From: Dendrobates tinctorius
Taxonomy: Eukaryota
Length of the DNA: 64,000 nucleotides
Reading direction: 5' to 3'
NCBI RefSeq assembly: GCF_039654945.1
Contig: NW_027361738.1
Span: 77,314,001 to 77,378,000, forward strand
A program made the translations under genes and the position numbers. The notes under the pieces are model-generated. The model searched no databases. It was not told the origin of the DNA and worked only from the letters and a program-made list of their open reading frames with translations. Below are positions 63,187 to 64,000 of this stretch, piece after piece (position 1 is the stretch's first letter; every line of letters begins with the position of its first letter).

Positions 63187-64000
63187 TAGAATCATAGAAT
63201 CGTAGAGTTGGAAGGGACCTCCTGGGCCATCTGGTCCAACCCCCTGCTCAAAGCAGGATTCGCTAAATCATCCCAGTCAGATGTCTGTCCAGCCTCTGTT
63301 TGAAGACTTCCATTGAAGGAGAACTCACCACTTCTCGTGGCAGCCTGTTCCACTCATTGATCACTCTAACTGTCAAAAAGTTTTTTCTAATATCTAATCT
63401 GTGTCTCTTCCCATTCAGTTTCATCCCATTGCTTCTAGTCTTTCCTTGTGCAAATGAGAATAAAGTTGATCCTTCTACAATGTGACAGCCCTTTAGATAT
63501 TTGTAGACAGCTATTAAGTCTCCTCTCAGTCTTCTCTTTTGCAAACTAAACATTCCCAAATCCTGCAACCTTTCCTCATAAGACAGGGTTTGCAGACCGG
63601 TCACCATTCTGGTCGCTCTTTTCTGAACTTGCTCCAGTTTGTTGATGTCTTTTTTAAAATGTGGTGCCCAAAACTGGACACAATATTCCAGATGAGGTCT
63701 GACCAAAGAGGAGTAGAGGGAAATAATGACTTCACGTGATCTAGACTGTATGCTTCTGTTAATACATCCTAGAATTGCATTTGCCTTTTTTGCTGCTGCA
63801 TCACACTGTTGACTCATATTCAGTCTGTGATCTATTAGTATACCCAAGTCTTTTTCACATGTGCTGTCACTTAGCCCTATTCCTCCCATTCTATATATGC
63901 TTTTTTCATTTTTATTGCCCAGATGTAGTACTTTGCATTTCTCCCTGTTAAAAACCATTCTGTTAGTTGCTGCCCACTTCTCCAGTTTATTTAAATCTTT
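63187..64000 (-). mobile_element. CR1 LINE 3' end (ORF2 C-terminus, 3' UTR, octamer tail), continuing beyond the window
   Basis: Open 231-aa frame with [23 protein letters not shown] and RRLRGDLI. Tail TAGAATCATAGAATC is (GATTCTAT)n on the minus strand. Confidence 0.95.

Overview
This is eukaryotic (vertebrate) genomic DNA. It is probably from a frog or toad, inferred from the repeat families and not proven. One host gene is present: a + strand STEAP4 metalloreductase with coding exons at 51395-51850, 55319-55846, 57846-58010 and 58304-58549. A probable extra upstream coding mini-exon (MEQDGA, 49460-49477) is missed by the ORF track. The rest is mostly transposable elements. (i) An apparently intact, young Ty3/Gypsy chromovirus of the Sushi/Tf1 type lies at 37494-42916, with near-identical LTRs, a GCGCC target-site duplication (TSD) and a -1 frameshift signal with a pseudoknot. 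Its primer-binding site (PBS) is complementary to its own predicted RNA 5' end, implying tRNA-independent self-priming. (ii) A ~16 kb, five-level nest at ~8.5-24.4 kb runs Tc1 > degenerate Sushi element > LTR remnant > tRNA-Ser-primed non-autonomous LTR element > SCAN-type gag-protease fragment. That last fragment sits at the centre of a ~120-bp-arm palindrome. (iii) There are also three CR1 LINE pieces, several Tc1 fossils, solo LTRs, piggyBac/Kolobok/Harbinger-type MITEs and minisatellites. No rRNA, tRNA gene or CRISPR array was seen. I found no evidence for a wholly new biological system. The most notable observations are the self-priming signature (co-varying in two elements), the palindrome-embedded gag fragment and the hidden STEAP4 start exon. 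All coordinates were counted by hand and may be off by a few bases.
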